In this document: positions 53,084 to 63,492 of the stretch, one piece after another
Numbering within the stretch: position 1 is the first letter of the stretch
Layout: the number at the start of each line of letters is the position of its first letter
From: Gemmatimonadota bacterium
GTDB lineage: Bacteria; JBHIER01; G020348925
Length of the DNA: 64,000 bases
NCBI GenBank assembly: GCA_020348925.1
Contig: CP070758.1
Span: 824,469 to 888,468 of the forward strand
Direction of reading: 5' to 3'
Position numbers and translations under genes: made by a program
The notes under the pieces: generated by a model
What the model was told of the DNA's origin: nothing
What the model saw: the letters and a program-made list of their open reading frames with translations, nothing else
Database searches by the model: none

Positions 53084-54001
53084 TTAGAAGAGCTCTGCAT
53101 GCCCGTAACCGGTTGGTTCGGCGATCCCCTCGAGTTGCGGGAAATGAGGAAGCATCGTCTCGGGGATTTTCATTTTTTTCTCGCCGAGCTTCGCCCTGAG
53201 CTGAAAGGCGTTGCAGACGGCCTGGCCTCTGGGATGATTGTTTTGCATGACGTACGTCTCCTGGGCATCCGCGGCGATTGTTCGGATTTTATCGACCCAC
53301 TCTTCGAGCTCCTGTTCCGTGTAGAGGTAATCGTAGCGAGCAAACTTGTCCGCTTCAGTCAGATCCTTCACCTCTTTCTTGGGGAACCAGGCGTCGTAGT
53401 TGCGGCCGTGCATCCTGATATATCCTATCTTTCCGGTCTGGACGGTCTTCGGCTCGATGGATTTTCCGATGACGGGCTGATCGATGGCGGCGAAGCCGAC
53501 CCCGTGGTTGTCCAGGAATTCGTAGACAGCGGGTGTATCCCAGCTTGCATGTCGCACTTCGACGACCAGGGGATATTGCTTAAAGGTCATGATGATGTTG
53601 ACGAGCCATTCTTTTCCGGCTTCGTCGTTCTTGAAACTCCAGGGGAACTGACACAGAACGGCACCCAACTTGCCCGCTGCTGCAAGAGGGTCGATGCCCT
53701 CAGTGAATTGGTCCACCTCGGCGGAACCGAATCGCCTTCTGTCATGGGTGAACCGTTGCCACAGTTTTGCCGTAAATTTAAATCTGGGGTTGCGGGTCAC
53801 CTTCTTCACCCAGGCGTAGGCCATGTGTTTGGATGGTGGCCTGTAGAAGGAAGAGTTGATTTCAACCGTATCAAAAAAGGTCGCCAGAAAATCGAGCTCC
53901 TTGAATTCTTTTCCGGCCCCTTTGGGATAGAAGACGCCATTCCAGTCCTTGTAATGCCACCCCGCCGTCCCGATGCGTATGTTCTCAACCTGACCTTGCA
54001 T
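53084..54001 (-). CDS. DUF72 domain protein
   Basis: IGTAGWHYKDW, VEINSSFY, EVRHASW, YIRMHGRN, RYDYLY, NNH. Confidence 0.93.
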   Translation of the reverse strand: MQGQVENIRIGTAGWHYKDWNGVFYPKGAGKEFKELDFLATFFDTVEINSSFYRPPSKHMAYAWVKKVTRNPRFKFTAKLWQRFTHDRRRFGSAEVDQFTEGIDPLAAAGKLGAVLCQFPWSFKNDEAGKEWLVNIIMTFKQYPLVVEVRHASWDTPAVYEFLDNHGVGFAAIDQPVIGKSIEPKTVQTGKIGYIRMHGRNYDAWFPKKEVKDLTEADKFARYDYLYTEQELEEWVDKIRTIAADAQETYVMQNNHPRGQAVCNAFQLRAKLGEKKMKIPETMLPHFPQLEGIAEPTGYGHAELF

Positions 54002-54845
54002 GGAGTTCCTTTCTCCGTGCTTCGAGCAAATCGGTTTTCAAACCTCCAAACTCGGCTGCAGTCGAGAGTATGACCCCTCGCTCTTTGGCCGCGTCGAAGA
54101 CAGGAGCGATCCTGTCCTGCCACTCGAGCTCCCTGAGGAGATGATGCTCCAACATCAATTTGTGCACGCGTGTTCGTTCGATGATCGTGATCAAATTTTT
54201 CATGCAGTCGTCCAAGTAACGTGTGTCATATTTTGAGCCAACCATATAGGAGACTGGGCCATCACACAAGAGGATCTCAGGATCTTGCTTCAGGATGAAT
54301 TCGAGCTGTTCGGGGCGAATCGGACCTGTCACATCCGACGTGTGCAGAAAGGTTGTTTCGTTTCGAATTGAGACCTCAACGACGTAACCTGATCTGTCAT
54401 TTATTCCGTGGCACACCGCCCTTGAAAATGTGATCCTAACATCGCCGAACGTGAAGTGCCTGCCATCTACATAATGAATCTCTCTGGAGATATTTTCAAT
54501 ACGGGAGAGGAGCGCTTTTGCCCTCTTTTTCTGGTTGAAATTGATCTGTTTCTCAGGATGTTTCAGCAAGACGTGTTTGTCTCTGAAAAGTTCGAATTCA
54601 TCCTCGTGAAAATGGTCGTGATGATAATGTGTGACAATGAGGATCCGGGCTTTTTGGGCATACGCTCGAATTCTGTTCCAGTGCTGGGCTTTTCGCTCGA
54701 TCTCAAGCCTATGGGGTGGCAGGCGAAACCTCACAGGGGCGAGATCGACACCGGGATCGATCAGAATTCCGAGATCACCGGTGGAGACATATGCGGCCAT
54801 CCCTCTCGTACCGAGACTCTCACATGCCAGTGGGACGATATTCAC
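53985..54845 (-). CDS. UPF0282-like metallo-beta-lactamase-fold hydrolase
   Basis: PLACESLGTRGM, IDPG, THYHHDH, HTSD, EHHLLR; GTG start with GGAG RBS. Confidence 0.85.
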   Translation of the reverse strand: MNIVPLACESLGTRGMAAYVSTGDLGILIDPGVDLAPVRFRLPPHRLEIERKAQHWNRIRAYAQKARILIVTHYHHDHFHEDEFELFRDKHVLLKHPEKQINFNQKKRAKALLSRIENISREIHYVDGRHFTFGDVRITFSRAVCHGINDRSGYVVEVSIRNETTFLHTSDVTGPIRPEQLEFILKQDPEILLCDGPVSYMVGSKYDTRYLDDCMKNLITIIERTRVHKLMLEHHLLRELEWQDRIAPVFDAAKERGVILSTAAEFGGLKTDLLEARRKELHARSG

Positions 54846-54930
54846 GTTCTCTCTCCATTCATATTTCACACAGGCTTCGCATGTTACATAAAGATAAATT
54901 TTCTGGATGCTCCTTTCAACAGGGAACCAC

Positions 54931-54965
54931 AAAAAAGCCATCCTATCAAATACAGGATGGCTTTT
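54931..54965. terminator. Intrinsic terminator
   Basis: AAAAGCCATCCT/AGGATGGCTTTT stem downstream of the stop at 54985. Confidence 0.8.
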
Positions 54966-54984
54966 CAGGATCAAACGCTCGCGC

Positions 54985-57900
54985 TCACTTCAGCAGCAGC
55001 ATCTTCTTTGTATCTGTAAAATGTTTCACCGTCAACCTGTAATAATAGATGCCGCTGGCCATATCTGAGGCATCCCAGGTCACCCTGTAGGAGCCCGCTT
55101 CCTTCACTTCATCGACCAATGTGTCCACCTCCTGGCCAATCAGATTATAAATTTTCAGGGTGGTATGGACAGGGGATCTGCCGTCGGCTACCTGATACCT
55201 GATATCTGTGGTCGGATTGAAAGGATTGGGATAGTTCTGGGAAAGGGAGTACTCGGACGGAATGTGGATCTGTCTTAGAAGTGACATGAATTTTTCATAA
55301 TCCTCCCTCGAAAGGAGGGATTGAAGCGACGTGCAGAAGGTCATCACGTCCGGCGACAGGGCTGGTCTGCAGCCGTTGTCCGGGCACTCGGGCAAAATAC
55401 CCAGGATGACGTTGACGATGGACAGGGCATCCAGAACATCGACATCTCCATCGCCGTTGCAGTCGGCGCGTCCGAGCGGCTCTCCGATCAATGGGACGGT
55501 GCCCAGAATGTGATTCACGGCGGCCAGGACATCCAGCACGTCCACCCCTCCCAGACAGTCGATATTGCCCCGTTCGACCGCTGTTTGATCCGGATTAAAA
55601 AAGTTGGGACAGTTGTCCTCGGAGCACGTGTTGGCGTCATATCCAGGATTCCCAAAACCATCATCATCTGTGTCCGTACACGCGTCACAAACGTCTCCGG
55701 TGCTGTCGCCGTCCGTATCCGATTGATCGGGATTGGCATCTCCCGGACAATTGTCGCAGACATCGCCGACGCCGTCGGCATCAACATCCTCCTGTCCGGG
55801 ATTGGAATCATCCGGGCAGTTGTCGTTGATGTCGGCTACGCCATCTCCGTCCAGATCGCCGTATGCCCCCTCCGTGATGGTCAGGAATTGGTTCACTGCC
55901 ACATCGGTCAGAATATCGATCATGCCGCTGGGCCATTCGACTTTGAGGGTGTCGATGGTTGCCGCATCGCCCAGACCAAAATGGGCGGTGAGACTGTTCT
56001 GGGCCGTGAAGCCCGTCTTTGCCGATATCTCCCGAAGCTGCCACGTATCGGCCTCACCAATATCAGCCTTGACCCTGACTTTGGCCCCTATGCCGGACCG
56101 GTTGGATGTGATACCGATACATTTAACCTGGATCCAGTTGTTCGGATTTCCGTTGTTTTCGTACAGGGTGTTGTTGACCTCGTTGACATTGACCACGAAA
56201 AGATCCAGATCCCCGTCGCGGTCATGGTCCGTCCAGGCGGCCGCTACCGATGGTTCGCTGTCGGATGAAATCGCTCCGCTTTCAATTCTTGTGAAGGTAC
56301 CATCTCCGTTGTTGCGGTAGAGTCGATTGGCGTAGTCCTCATAGTAGTACATGCCGATGATGAAGAGATCGATATACCCGTCGTTGTTGTAATCGCCCCA
56401 GTATCCTCCGACCCAGTAGCCGACATCGGTTGTGAGTCCCGGTCCGAATACCCGGACGAAATTTCCGTCACCGCTGTTGTTGTACAGGCGGACGGCATCG
56501 GGGTACCCTCCACCCGTGCAGAGATCGAGGTCACCGTCGTTGTCGTAATCGGCCCAGCTTCCGGCGTGGGTGTTCTCCGTAACGATGACGCTGTTGGTGA
56601 CCTGGGTGAACGTCCCGTCGCCATTATTTTCAAAGAAGAGGCTGTTCTGATCATTGCGCGTCCAGAACAGGTCGGCGTCGCCGTCGTTGTCATAGTCCGC
56701 CCAGGCGGCGGAATTGCCCTCGTCCCGGATGAGACCCACGGATACATTATCCACGATTCTGAAGCTGTCGACTTCATTCCGGTATAATCTGCTGTGGATT
56801 GTGGACGGCTCTCCCGGCGGCCGGTGATTGACGACGAACAGGTCCAGCAGGCCATCATTGTCATAGTCGACCCAGACAGGATCGGTGGACCATTCCACTC
56901 TGTCTCCGAGAGGTCCGGATGATGCTTTCGTAAAGGTGCCGTCGCCGTTGTTCGAGTAAAAGAGGTTCGTATCTTCAGGGCACGTCACATAGGCATCCAG
57001 ATCGCCATCGTTGTCGAAATCTCCCCAGGTGGCGCCGGTTGCGCTGCCGTCGGTTGCAATATCTCCTTCGCTGACCCGGGTGTAGGTGCCGTCGCCGTTG
57101 TTTCTATAGAGCGCGTTGACCTCTCCGGTGCTGCCGAACAGATCGTTGGTGACGTACAGGTCCGGATAGCCGTCATCATCATAGTCGATCCAACAGATCC
57201 CGTGGGACCAGCCGCCGTCGGTGACGTGAGGACCTTCGGTGATCCGGGTGAACTGTTCCAAAGTCATTCTGGCCACAAAGCAGTCTTTCCCCTCACCGTT
57301 GTGTGATGTGTCATAGCTTCCCTGTACAGTCGGAAAATTCTCCGATTCCGTGTATCCGGTTATATAGACGTCGCCGTTTTCAGCAATCGTAATGCCCGGA
57401 TCGCCGTCATAGTTGGAGCCGCCGAGAAAGGTGGAATAGTCCAGCTCCGTAAGATCACTGTTGAACTTTCGGAGAATGACATCACTCCAGCCGCCGTTGT
57501 AACTTTCGTCATAAGGATCTCCAGTGGTGGTGACATTTTGATCGAAAGCCGTACCGGCTAAGTAGACATTGTTCTCACTGTCGAAAGCTATGTCAGTCAT
57601 GTAACTGAAGCTCTCGTCATCGGCCGTCAGGTAGGTCGAAGCCAACAGTGCCGACAAATCATTATTTAGCTTTGTGATAAAATACTCGTTCTCGCCGTTG
57701 TGGTCTTCATCGTACACGTTTGGCGTCGTCGGGTATGCGACGGATTCAGTGTGACCGCCGACATAGATATTCCCGTCGTTGTCTACCCCCAGCAGTCCTC
57801 CGCCGTCAAAATCCTCGGTGCCGATGAAGGTCGAACTGAGCAGTGTGGTGAGATCGTTGTCCAGCTTTGATACGCAGAAATCGAAATTGAGATAATCATA

Positions 57901-59433
57901 CTGATGCGGCCCGTTAAAATCATTATCGTAGGCACCAGCGGTTGTGGGATAATTGTGAGATCCCGTGCTCCCTGCCAGAATCACATTTCCCATGGCGTCG
58001 ATCCCGACAGCGGACCACTGTTCGTGGTAAACACCTCCCAGGAACGTCGATGCCATAAGAGAGGACAGATCGCTATTGAATTTCGAGACGAAAAAGTCGG
58101 TGTCACCTCCGTTGTAGTCCACATCGTACGCGTTTTGTGTTGTGGGGAAATTGTGAAAATCGGTGTATCCGGTTACAAAAACGTGACCGGCTCCGTCCAG
58201 TGCCATCGAGACCATTCTTTCGGAGCCGTCACCGCCCAAAAGTGTCGAGGCGAGCAGCGCGGTAAGAGAATTATCGAATTTTGAAATGAACACGTCCCAT
58301 TGACCGTTTCTGATTCTGTCGTAGGCGTTGTCCTGCGTCGGGAAATCCGGTGAATTCGTACAACCTATGAGATAGACATTGTTATGATCATCGAGTACCA
58401 TTTTCGGCTCTTCCTCAGCGTAGCTCCCGCCAAAAAATGTCGCGGCCAGAAGGGTCGTGAGGTCGCTGTTCATCTTTGCCACGAATATATCGGTTTGACC
58501 GCAGGTCTGACATTCACACGATCCAACGGTTGAGGGGAACTCCGCGGAGGTGGTCATTCCTGCGACAAAAACATTGCCGGAGGTATCGAGGCATATGTCA
58601 ACAGCACCACTGTACTCCCAGCCCTCAGTACCACTCCCCCCCAGAAATGTCGAGGCCAGAAGTGGATCAATGGTGAGAGGATACCTCCGGTCATAATCAC
58701 CGACGCGAAAACCGTATTCATGATCAGTCACCGTGTAGACCACATCGACAGAGATTCGTTCGCCGTCTCTTTCCTGAAAGGCCACCGGCACGGATAAGGC
58801 AACACGGCCTGCCTCGGTCATGACCTCGAGCTCCTCGGCCCGGTTTACTCTCAAGGCAATGGCACCGTCAACCCTGACTCGAATATCCTCAGGTTCGGCT
58901 CCAGGATTTACGATGAAGAGCTTTTCGACGTTCCTACCGTGGGCTTTGAGTTTCAGCGCGATCCCCTCATACACTTCGCCGAGAGATACATGATCGTATG
59001 TCGCAATATCGCTTCTCCACCATGTAGGGTCCGTCCCTTTGAACACGTTGACTCTGCAGTCGGTATGTCCCTCTCCAACTATTTCACCCACTGTTCCCCC
59101 GAGGAACTTTTCTTTCAGAACGAACATCCCTGTCGGAGCATCGTCATCATGGACAGGAAGAGCATAGATGATCTCTCCGGATTTCGTCACAGATGCCGTT
59201 CCTCCAAAAGTTCGAGCGTAATACCTTACGTTCTCATCAACCTGTCCTTCGTTGGCGATGAAGGGTATGGCCGGATGCGCTATCCGGGCTGCACCATGCG
59301 ATGCGCAAGTCATTGTCTTGTTGTCACGTGAGAGCTGCCCGTTGATAGCCATCGGCAGCAAAGAGAGTATGACCAGCAATACTCCTGTTTTCTTCAGATT
59401 GGTCCCGAAAAAATTTGATCCCATTGTCGTCAT
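54985..59433 (-). CDS. Large secreted protein: SBBP beta-propeller, FG-GAP repeats, ASPIC/UnbV, TSP3 repeats, dockerin, helical linker, sorting domain
   Basis: FIANEGQ...LTIDP, STFLGG/FPTT repeats; WxDYDNDGDLD repeats; SGIGAKV...HFGLG...VEWPSG; DNCP..NPxQ; QNYPNPFNP. Confidence 0.9.
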   Translation of the reverse strand: MTTMGSNFFGTNLKKTGVLLVILSLLPMAINGQLSRDNKTMTCASHGAARIAHPAIPFIANEGQVDENVRYYARTFGGTASVTKSGEIIYALPVHDDDAPTGMFVLKEKFLGGTVGEIVGEGHTDCRVNVFKGTDPTWWRSDIATYDHVSLGEVYEGIALKLKAHGRNVEKLFIVNPGAEPEDIRVRVDGAIALRVNRAEELEVMTEAGRVALSVPVAFQERDGERISVDVVYTVTDHEYGFRVGDYDRRYPLTIDPLLASTFLGGSGTEGWEYSGAVDICLDTSGNVFVAGMTTSAEFPSTVGSCECQTCGQTDIFVAKMNSDLTTLLAATFFGGSYAEEEPKMVLDDHNNVYLIGCTNSPDFPTQDNAYDRIRNGQWDVFISKFDNSLTALLASTLLGGDGSERMVSMALDGAGHVFVTGYTDFHNFPTTQNAYDVDYNGGDTDFFVSKFNSDLSSLMASTFLGGVYHEQWSAVGIDAMGNVILAGSTGSHNYPTTAGAYDNDFNGPHQYDYLNFDFCVSKLDNDLTTLLSSTFIGTEDFDGGGLLGVDNDGNIYVGGHTESVAYPTTPNVYDEDHNGENEYFITKLNNDLSALLASTYLTADDESFSYMTDIAFDSENNVYLAGTAFDQNVTTTGDPYDESYNGGWSDVILRKFNSDLTELDYSTFLGGSNYDGDPGITIAENGDVYITGYTESENFPTVQGSYDTSHNGEGKDCFVARMTLEQFTRITEGPHVTDGGWSHGICWIDYDDDGYPDLYVTNDLFGSTGEVNALYRNNGDGTYTRVSEGDIATDGSATGATWGDFDNDGDLDAYVTCPEDTNLFYSNNGDGTFTKASSGPLGDRVEWSTDPVWVDYDNDGLLDLFVVNHRPPGEPSTIHSRLYRNEVDSFRIVDNVSVGLIRDEGNSAAWADYDNDGDADLFWTRNDQNSLFFENNGDGTFTQVTNSVIVTENTHAGSWADYDNDGDLDLCTGGGYPDAVRLYNNSGDGNFVRVFGPGLTTDVGYWVGGYWGDYNNDGYIDLFIIGMYYYEDYANRLYRNNGDGTFTRIESGAISSDSEPSVAAAWTDHDRDGDLDLFVVNVNEVNNTLYENNGNPNNWIQVKCIGITSNRSGIGAKVRVKADIGEADTWQLREISAKTGFTAQNSLTAHFGLGDAATIDTLKVEWPSGMIDILTDVAVNQFLTITEGAYGDLDGDGVADINDNCPDDSNPGQEDVDADGVGDVCDNCPGDANPDQSDTDGDSTGDVCDACTDTDDDGFGNPGYDANTCSEDNCPNFFNPDQTAVERGNIDCLGGVDVLDVLAAVNHILGTVPLIGEPLGRADCNGDGDVDVLDALSIVNVILGILPECPDNGCRPALSPDVMTFCTSLQSLLSREDYEKFMSLLRQIHIPSEYSLSQNYPNPFNPTTDIRYQVADGRSPVHTTLKIYNLIGQEVDTLVDEVKEAGSYRVTWDASDMASGIYYYRLTVKHFTDTKKMLLLK

Positions 59434-59511
59434 TTCGTGTCTCCCTTGTGCGGTCTCCTCAAGGTCTGTTCGGTTCTTGTTAATATTCTTTATTGTAAAT
59501 ATTTTGACTAT

Positions 59512-59550
59512 AAAAACGCCGCTGAATTCTTGCGAACTTCAGCGGCGTTT
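59512..59550. terminator. Intrinsic terminator
   Basis: AAACGCCGCTGAA/TTCAGCGGCGTTT 13-bp stem downstream of the stop at 59570. Confidence 0.85.
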
Positions 59551-59569
59551 CGGATAGTCGTGGGAGGGA

Positions 59570-62500
59570 TTATTTCAGAAGCACTAGTGATCTGGTTTGA
59601 GACCATTGGCCGTAGTTCACCGTCATCTGGTAAAAATAGATACCGCTCGTACTATCAGAGGCGTCCCAGGTTACGGTATAATATCCCGGCTCCTGTACCT
59701 CATCGACCAGTGTTTGCACCTCCTGCCCGAGTAAATTGTAAATTTTCAAAGTGGTGTGAACGGGCGATGTACCGCCTGCTATCTGATATCGAATATCTGT
59801 TGTTGGGTTGAAGGGGTTGGGGTAGTTCTGGGAGAGCTGGTACTCGGCCGGGACCTGAGCCCCTTTGATGAGCTCCATGAACCGCGCAAAGTTCTCCGAC
59901 GAAAGGAGGGGCTGCAGCGACGTGCAGTAGCGAACCACCTCAGGGTTCACGACCGGTCTGAAGTCAGGGCTGCACTCGCCGATACCCAAGATGACGTTTA
60001 TGATACCCAGGGCGTCCAGGATATCGACGCCGCCGTCTCCGTTGCAGTCGGCTCTGCCCAGGGATCCGCCGACAAGAGTGCTCGTGCCCAATATATGATT
60101 GATGACGGCCAGAACATCCAGCACGTCGACACCGCCGGCGCAGTCGATATTGCCTTTTTCGACGGGATCTTGGTCCGGATTGGAGACGTTGGGGCAGTTA
60201 TCCTCCTGGCAGGTGTTGGCCGGATACCCCGGGTTGCCGTAGCCGTCACCGTCCGTGTCCGTGCACGCATCGCAGACGTCACCGGTGCCGTCGCCGTCAG
60301 TGTCGATTTGATCCGGATTGACATGGTCAGGACAGTTGTCGCAGGCATCGCCGAGACCGTCACCATCGACATCCTCCTGGCCGGGATTGTAATTGTTGGG
60401 GCAGTTGTCCTCGGCATCGAGGATGCCGTCCTCGTCCCGGTCCACCGAGGCCTGATTCAGATGAATGCCCTCCCGCCAGGCGGCGTTGACGAGGGTCCCA
60501 TCGTTCTCATTGCCGGAATTATCGAGTATCGCCCCGCCGTTGCCTTCGTTCATCTTCCAGTAGCCCACGAGCCCGGGCTCGTCTCCCAGCAGGTAGTACT
60601 CCATATTGTCGGCAATTTCTTGATCGGTCCGGACAACGTTCCACATGCGGACTTCGTCGATGAGGCCGTCGAAGGTCCAGCCGAGGTCAGGTGAGTTGCC
60701 GATGAGCAGGTCGTAGTCGCTGTGGTCCCTGATGCCCCCTGAGGGTGGGACGGTGTGGCTGACGGTCTGTTCAACGCCGTTGATGTATACGGTGACATCG
60801 TCCTGGCCGTTGTACGTGACGGCAATATGCTGCCACTCGTCCAGTGCCATGGAGTTTTCCGGGGTGTTGGAATAGCTTGCTGTTCCGTTGGAGTGGATAC
60901 ACTGTAAAAGGAAACTGTGCGGGTTATAGGAGAGATAGGAATCGATCAGATAGAGGGAGATATTTCTCTTGTCGACGATGCGGCCGAGCCCGAATTGGGG
61001 GAATCCCCAGCCGTAGGGATTGATCCAGGCTTCGATGGTAAATTCCCCGGTGAGATGCAACTCCGGCGTGGCGGCACAGGTGGCGTGACTGCCCGGTGCC
61101 TCGAACAGAAGGGCGCTCTCGCCGGCAAAGACGTGGACGTAATCGTCGAGGATGCGCGTCTCCGGATCGCCGCCTCTGGACACGAGGAGTCTCACAGAGT
61201 AAATCCCCGGTTCGTCGTAGGTCCACGTTGGATGTTGTTCCTCGGAATCGATGACACCGTCGTTGTCGAAATCCCATTGCCAGGACGTGGCGTTTCCAGT
61301 GGATTGGTCTGTGAAGTGGACTTGGAGCGGGGCGTGGCCGGTAGGGGGGTCGGCCGCGAACTGGGCGTAGAGGCTCGAGACTTTGAGGAGCCAGAGATCG
61401 TACCGACCGGCACCGTAAGAGTCGGTGTGGCCGGTTATGACGTAGTTCCCATCGCTTGTTTTACAGACTGCGCTCGGCCAGTCGGAACCGGAACCGCCGA
61501 ACTCTTTCGTCCAAATTTCATTTCCGTCGGCGTCCAATCTGATCAACCGGGCATCATTTCTCCAGGTGTCAAAGTTTTTTATCGATCCGCAGGCAAGGTA
61601 CCCGCCGTCGTCCGTCTCGCAGAGTGATGTCCCGCGATCGTGCAATGCCTCGCCGAAATTACTCCGCCACACCTCGTTTCCCTGAGCGTCGGTTTTTATG
61701 ACCAGCCAGTTCAGCGGGGTGAAAACGTTGCTCTCCCCATTGAGCAGATAGCCGCCGTCCCCTGTCTGGCAGACTGAAAGACCCCAGTCGAAGGGAAACG
61801 CGCCCCCACCCCCAAATGTACTCCACCATGCCTCGTTTCCCTCAGCGTCGGTTTTGATGAGATAGTAGTCCTGATTCGTTGAAGTTGAGAGGGTCGCTCC
61901 GACAATAATAAGCCCCCCGTCGTCGGTCGTACGGACCAGTCTTCCCGCGTCCGAGCGATTCCCACCGAATACTCTTGTCCACAGCGTATCACCGTCGGAA
62001 TTCGTTTTGATGAGCCAGACATCGCTTTCACCTGCCCCGAAAGATTCGGTATATCCGCAGATGATGTACGTGCCATCGCTCATCTCACAGGCGGATCGTC
62101 CGATGTCTTCTTCCGGGCCCCCGAAGGTCTTCGTCCACAGCTCGTCTCCGTTCGAGTCGGTCTTGATGAGGTACACATCATTCAGGCCTTGTCCGAAGGA
62201 TGTGGTGGAGCCTGTCAGGAGATAACCGCCGTCGCTCGTCTGGCACGCCGAATATCCGTACTCCCAGCCGGGGCCGCCGAAGCTGCGCGACCATTGCTCG
62301 TCTCCCTGGGAGTCCGTCTTTACGAGATATATGTCGGAGGCACCTGCACCGAACGAATAGGTATAGCCGCATATGATGAAGCCCCCGTCGTCGGTCTCCT
62401 GGACGGACCTGCCTCCCTCGGAATCAGGGCCGCCGAATGTTTTGGCCCAGATGGCTGTATCTTCATTGATGATTCGGGAAATTTTGGATGAGGAGATATC

Positions 62501-63145
62501 CGTTTTCGTTTTGGTTCCTCCGCCACTGTTCCGTGTCGTGGCCAGAGCAGTGGCTATGGCCTGACTGTTGTGATAGTGGTACGTTTGACCTCGTACACCG
62601 GTCACGATATTTCCGTCAATGACCGGCGGGTGATCACTTCCCACATAATTCGCCCCTGCATTCTGATATTGGTTCGCGTATTGCCCTGTGCCGACGATGT
62701 CCACATCATTCAAACGATCGGCAGCAGCCAACACGAGAGGTCCTGAACACATCGTGTAGACGACCAGGCCCGAATCAACGGCCGCTGTCACGAGGTCCAT
62801 GGCCTCCTGACTTCCCAAGACATCGGCCCACGGGTTGCCGGCCCGCCAGCTTATGGGTGGTAATAACAATATATCGTACTCTGTGATATCCGTGATCTCT
62901 GAAATAAGCCTGTCGATAGAGATGGTTGGAAGCCCTCCAAAGAGGGGACAGGGCGGTATGGTTTCTGAAATCCCTGTCAGAGTGATATTCCAGCCGTATG
63001 CTTCGAGATCATCCCATATGAAAAGAACGTTCGGTCCATAGTTGTTCGCCATGAACACCAAAACATTGATGTCTTCGGCCATTCCAGTGCGGACTCCGGC
63101 GAGCGCGAAAACGAAACAGACGATGACTATGAGCACCTTCTTCAT
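59570..63145 (-). CDS. Large secreted protein: DJ-1/PfpI domain, beta-propeller repeats, PKD, LamG, TSP3, dockerin, helical linker, sorting domain
   Basis: Signal peptide with RBS AAAGGAGG; TMCSGP...DGNIVTG; W(T/S)KTFGG..TDDGG..LIKTD repeats; WQWDFDNDG PKD; WQHIAVTY...FDGLIDEVR LamG. Confidence 0.9.
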   Translation of the reverse strand: MKKVLIVIVCFVFALAGVRTGMAEDINVLVFMANNYGPNVLFIWDDLEAYGWNITLTGISETIPPCPLFGGLPTISIDRLISEITDITEYDILLLPPISWRAGNPWADVLGSQEAMDLVTAAVDSGLVVYTMCSGPLVLAAADRLNDVDIVGTGQYANQYQNAGANYVGSDHPPVIDGNIVTGVRGQTYHYHNSQAIATALATTRNSGGGTKTKTDISSSKISRIINEDTAIWAKTFGGPDSEGGRSVQETDDGGFIICGYTYSFGAGASDIYLVKTDSQGDEQWSRSFGGPGWEYGYSACQTSDGGYLLTGSTTSFGQGLNDVYLIKTDSNGDELWTKTFGGPEEDIGRSACEMSDGTYIICGYTESFGAGESDVWLIKTNSDGDTLWTRVFGGNRSDAGRLVRTTDDGGLIIVGATLSTSTNQDYYLIKTDAEGNEAWWSTFGGGGAFPFDWGLSVCQTGDGGYLLNGESNVFTPLNWLVIKTDAQGNEVWRSNFGEALHDRGTSLCETDDGGYLACGSIKNFDTWRNDARLIRLDADGNEIWTKEFGGSGSDWPSAVCKTSDGNYVITGHTDSYGAGRYDLWLLKVSSLYAQFAADPPTGHAPLQVHFTDQSTGNATSWQWDFDNDGVIDSEEQHPTWTYDEPGIYSVRLLVSRGGDPETRILDDYVHVFAGESALLFEAPGSHATCAATPELHLTGEFTIEAWINPYGWGFPQFGLGRIVDKRNISLYLIDSYLSYNPHSFLLQCIHSNGTASYSNTPENSMALDEWQHIAVTYNGQDDVTVYINGVEQTVSHTVPPSGGIRDHSDYDLLIGNSPDLGWTFDGLIDEVRMWNVVRTDQEIADNMEYYLLGDEPGLVGYWKMNEGNGGAILDNSGNENDGTLVNAAWREGIHLNQASVDRDEDGILDAEDNCPNNYNPGQEDVDGDGLGDACDNCPDHVNPDQIDTDGDGTGDVCDACTDTDGDGYGNPGYPANTCQEDNCPNVSNPDQDPVEKGNIDCAGGVDVLDVLAVINHILGTSTLVGGSLGRADCNGDGGVDILDALGIINVILGIGECSPDFRPVVNPEVVRYCTSLQPLLSSENFARFMELIKGAQVPAEYQLSQNYPNPFNPTTDIRYQIAGGTSPVHTTLKIYNLLGQEVQTLVDEVQEPGYYTVTWDASDSTSGIYFYQMTVNYGQWSQTRSLVLLK

Positions 63146-63492
63146 TGGAACTCCTCCTTTTGTTGATGAATGTTTCAGGCACAATCGTTTTGGGGTGTTG
63201 TTCATTTTGAGTCCCGATTCTCCCAATCGTTGTTCATTAGATCATGGTTCTATGATTTTTGTTTCACTCGTGGCGGACGGTTGTGGCATTCGTTCGACGC
63301 GTGCCGCAAACTTCCTCCCTTGCGGTGCACTTGATATTGACTAAAACTCTTTGATTAAAATAGAGTTACGGAATATATGCTGTTGCAGAATGCTGCCTTT
63401 TGAATCCGTTTCTCTTCTCCCTCTTTCATCATCCTTGAGAGGCCTTGGGCCCATCGAGGAACTCCGTTCCGCTTCGGATAGTCGTGGGCGGG

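Noticed and set aside
55600-62450. CRISPR-like or DGR-like repeats
   Set aside because: The repeats are coding (FG-GAP, SBBP, TSP3, propeller), with no constant repeat-spacer pattern, no cas or reverse transcriptase, and no adenine-specific variation noticed.
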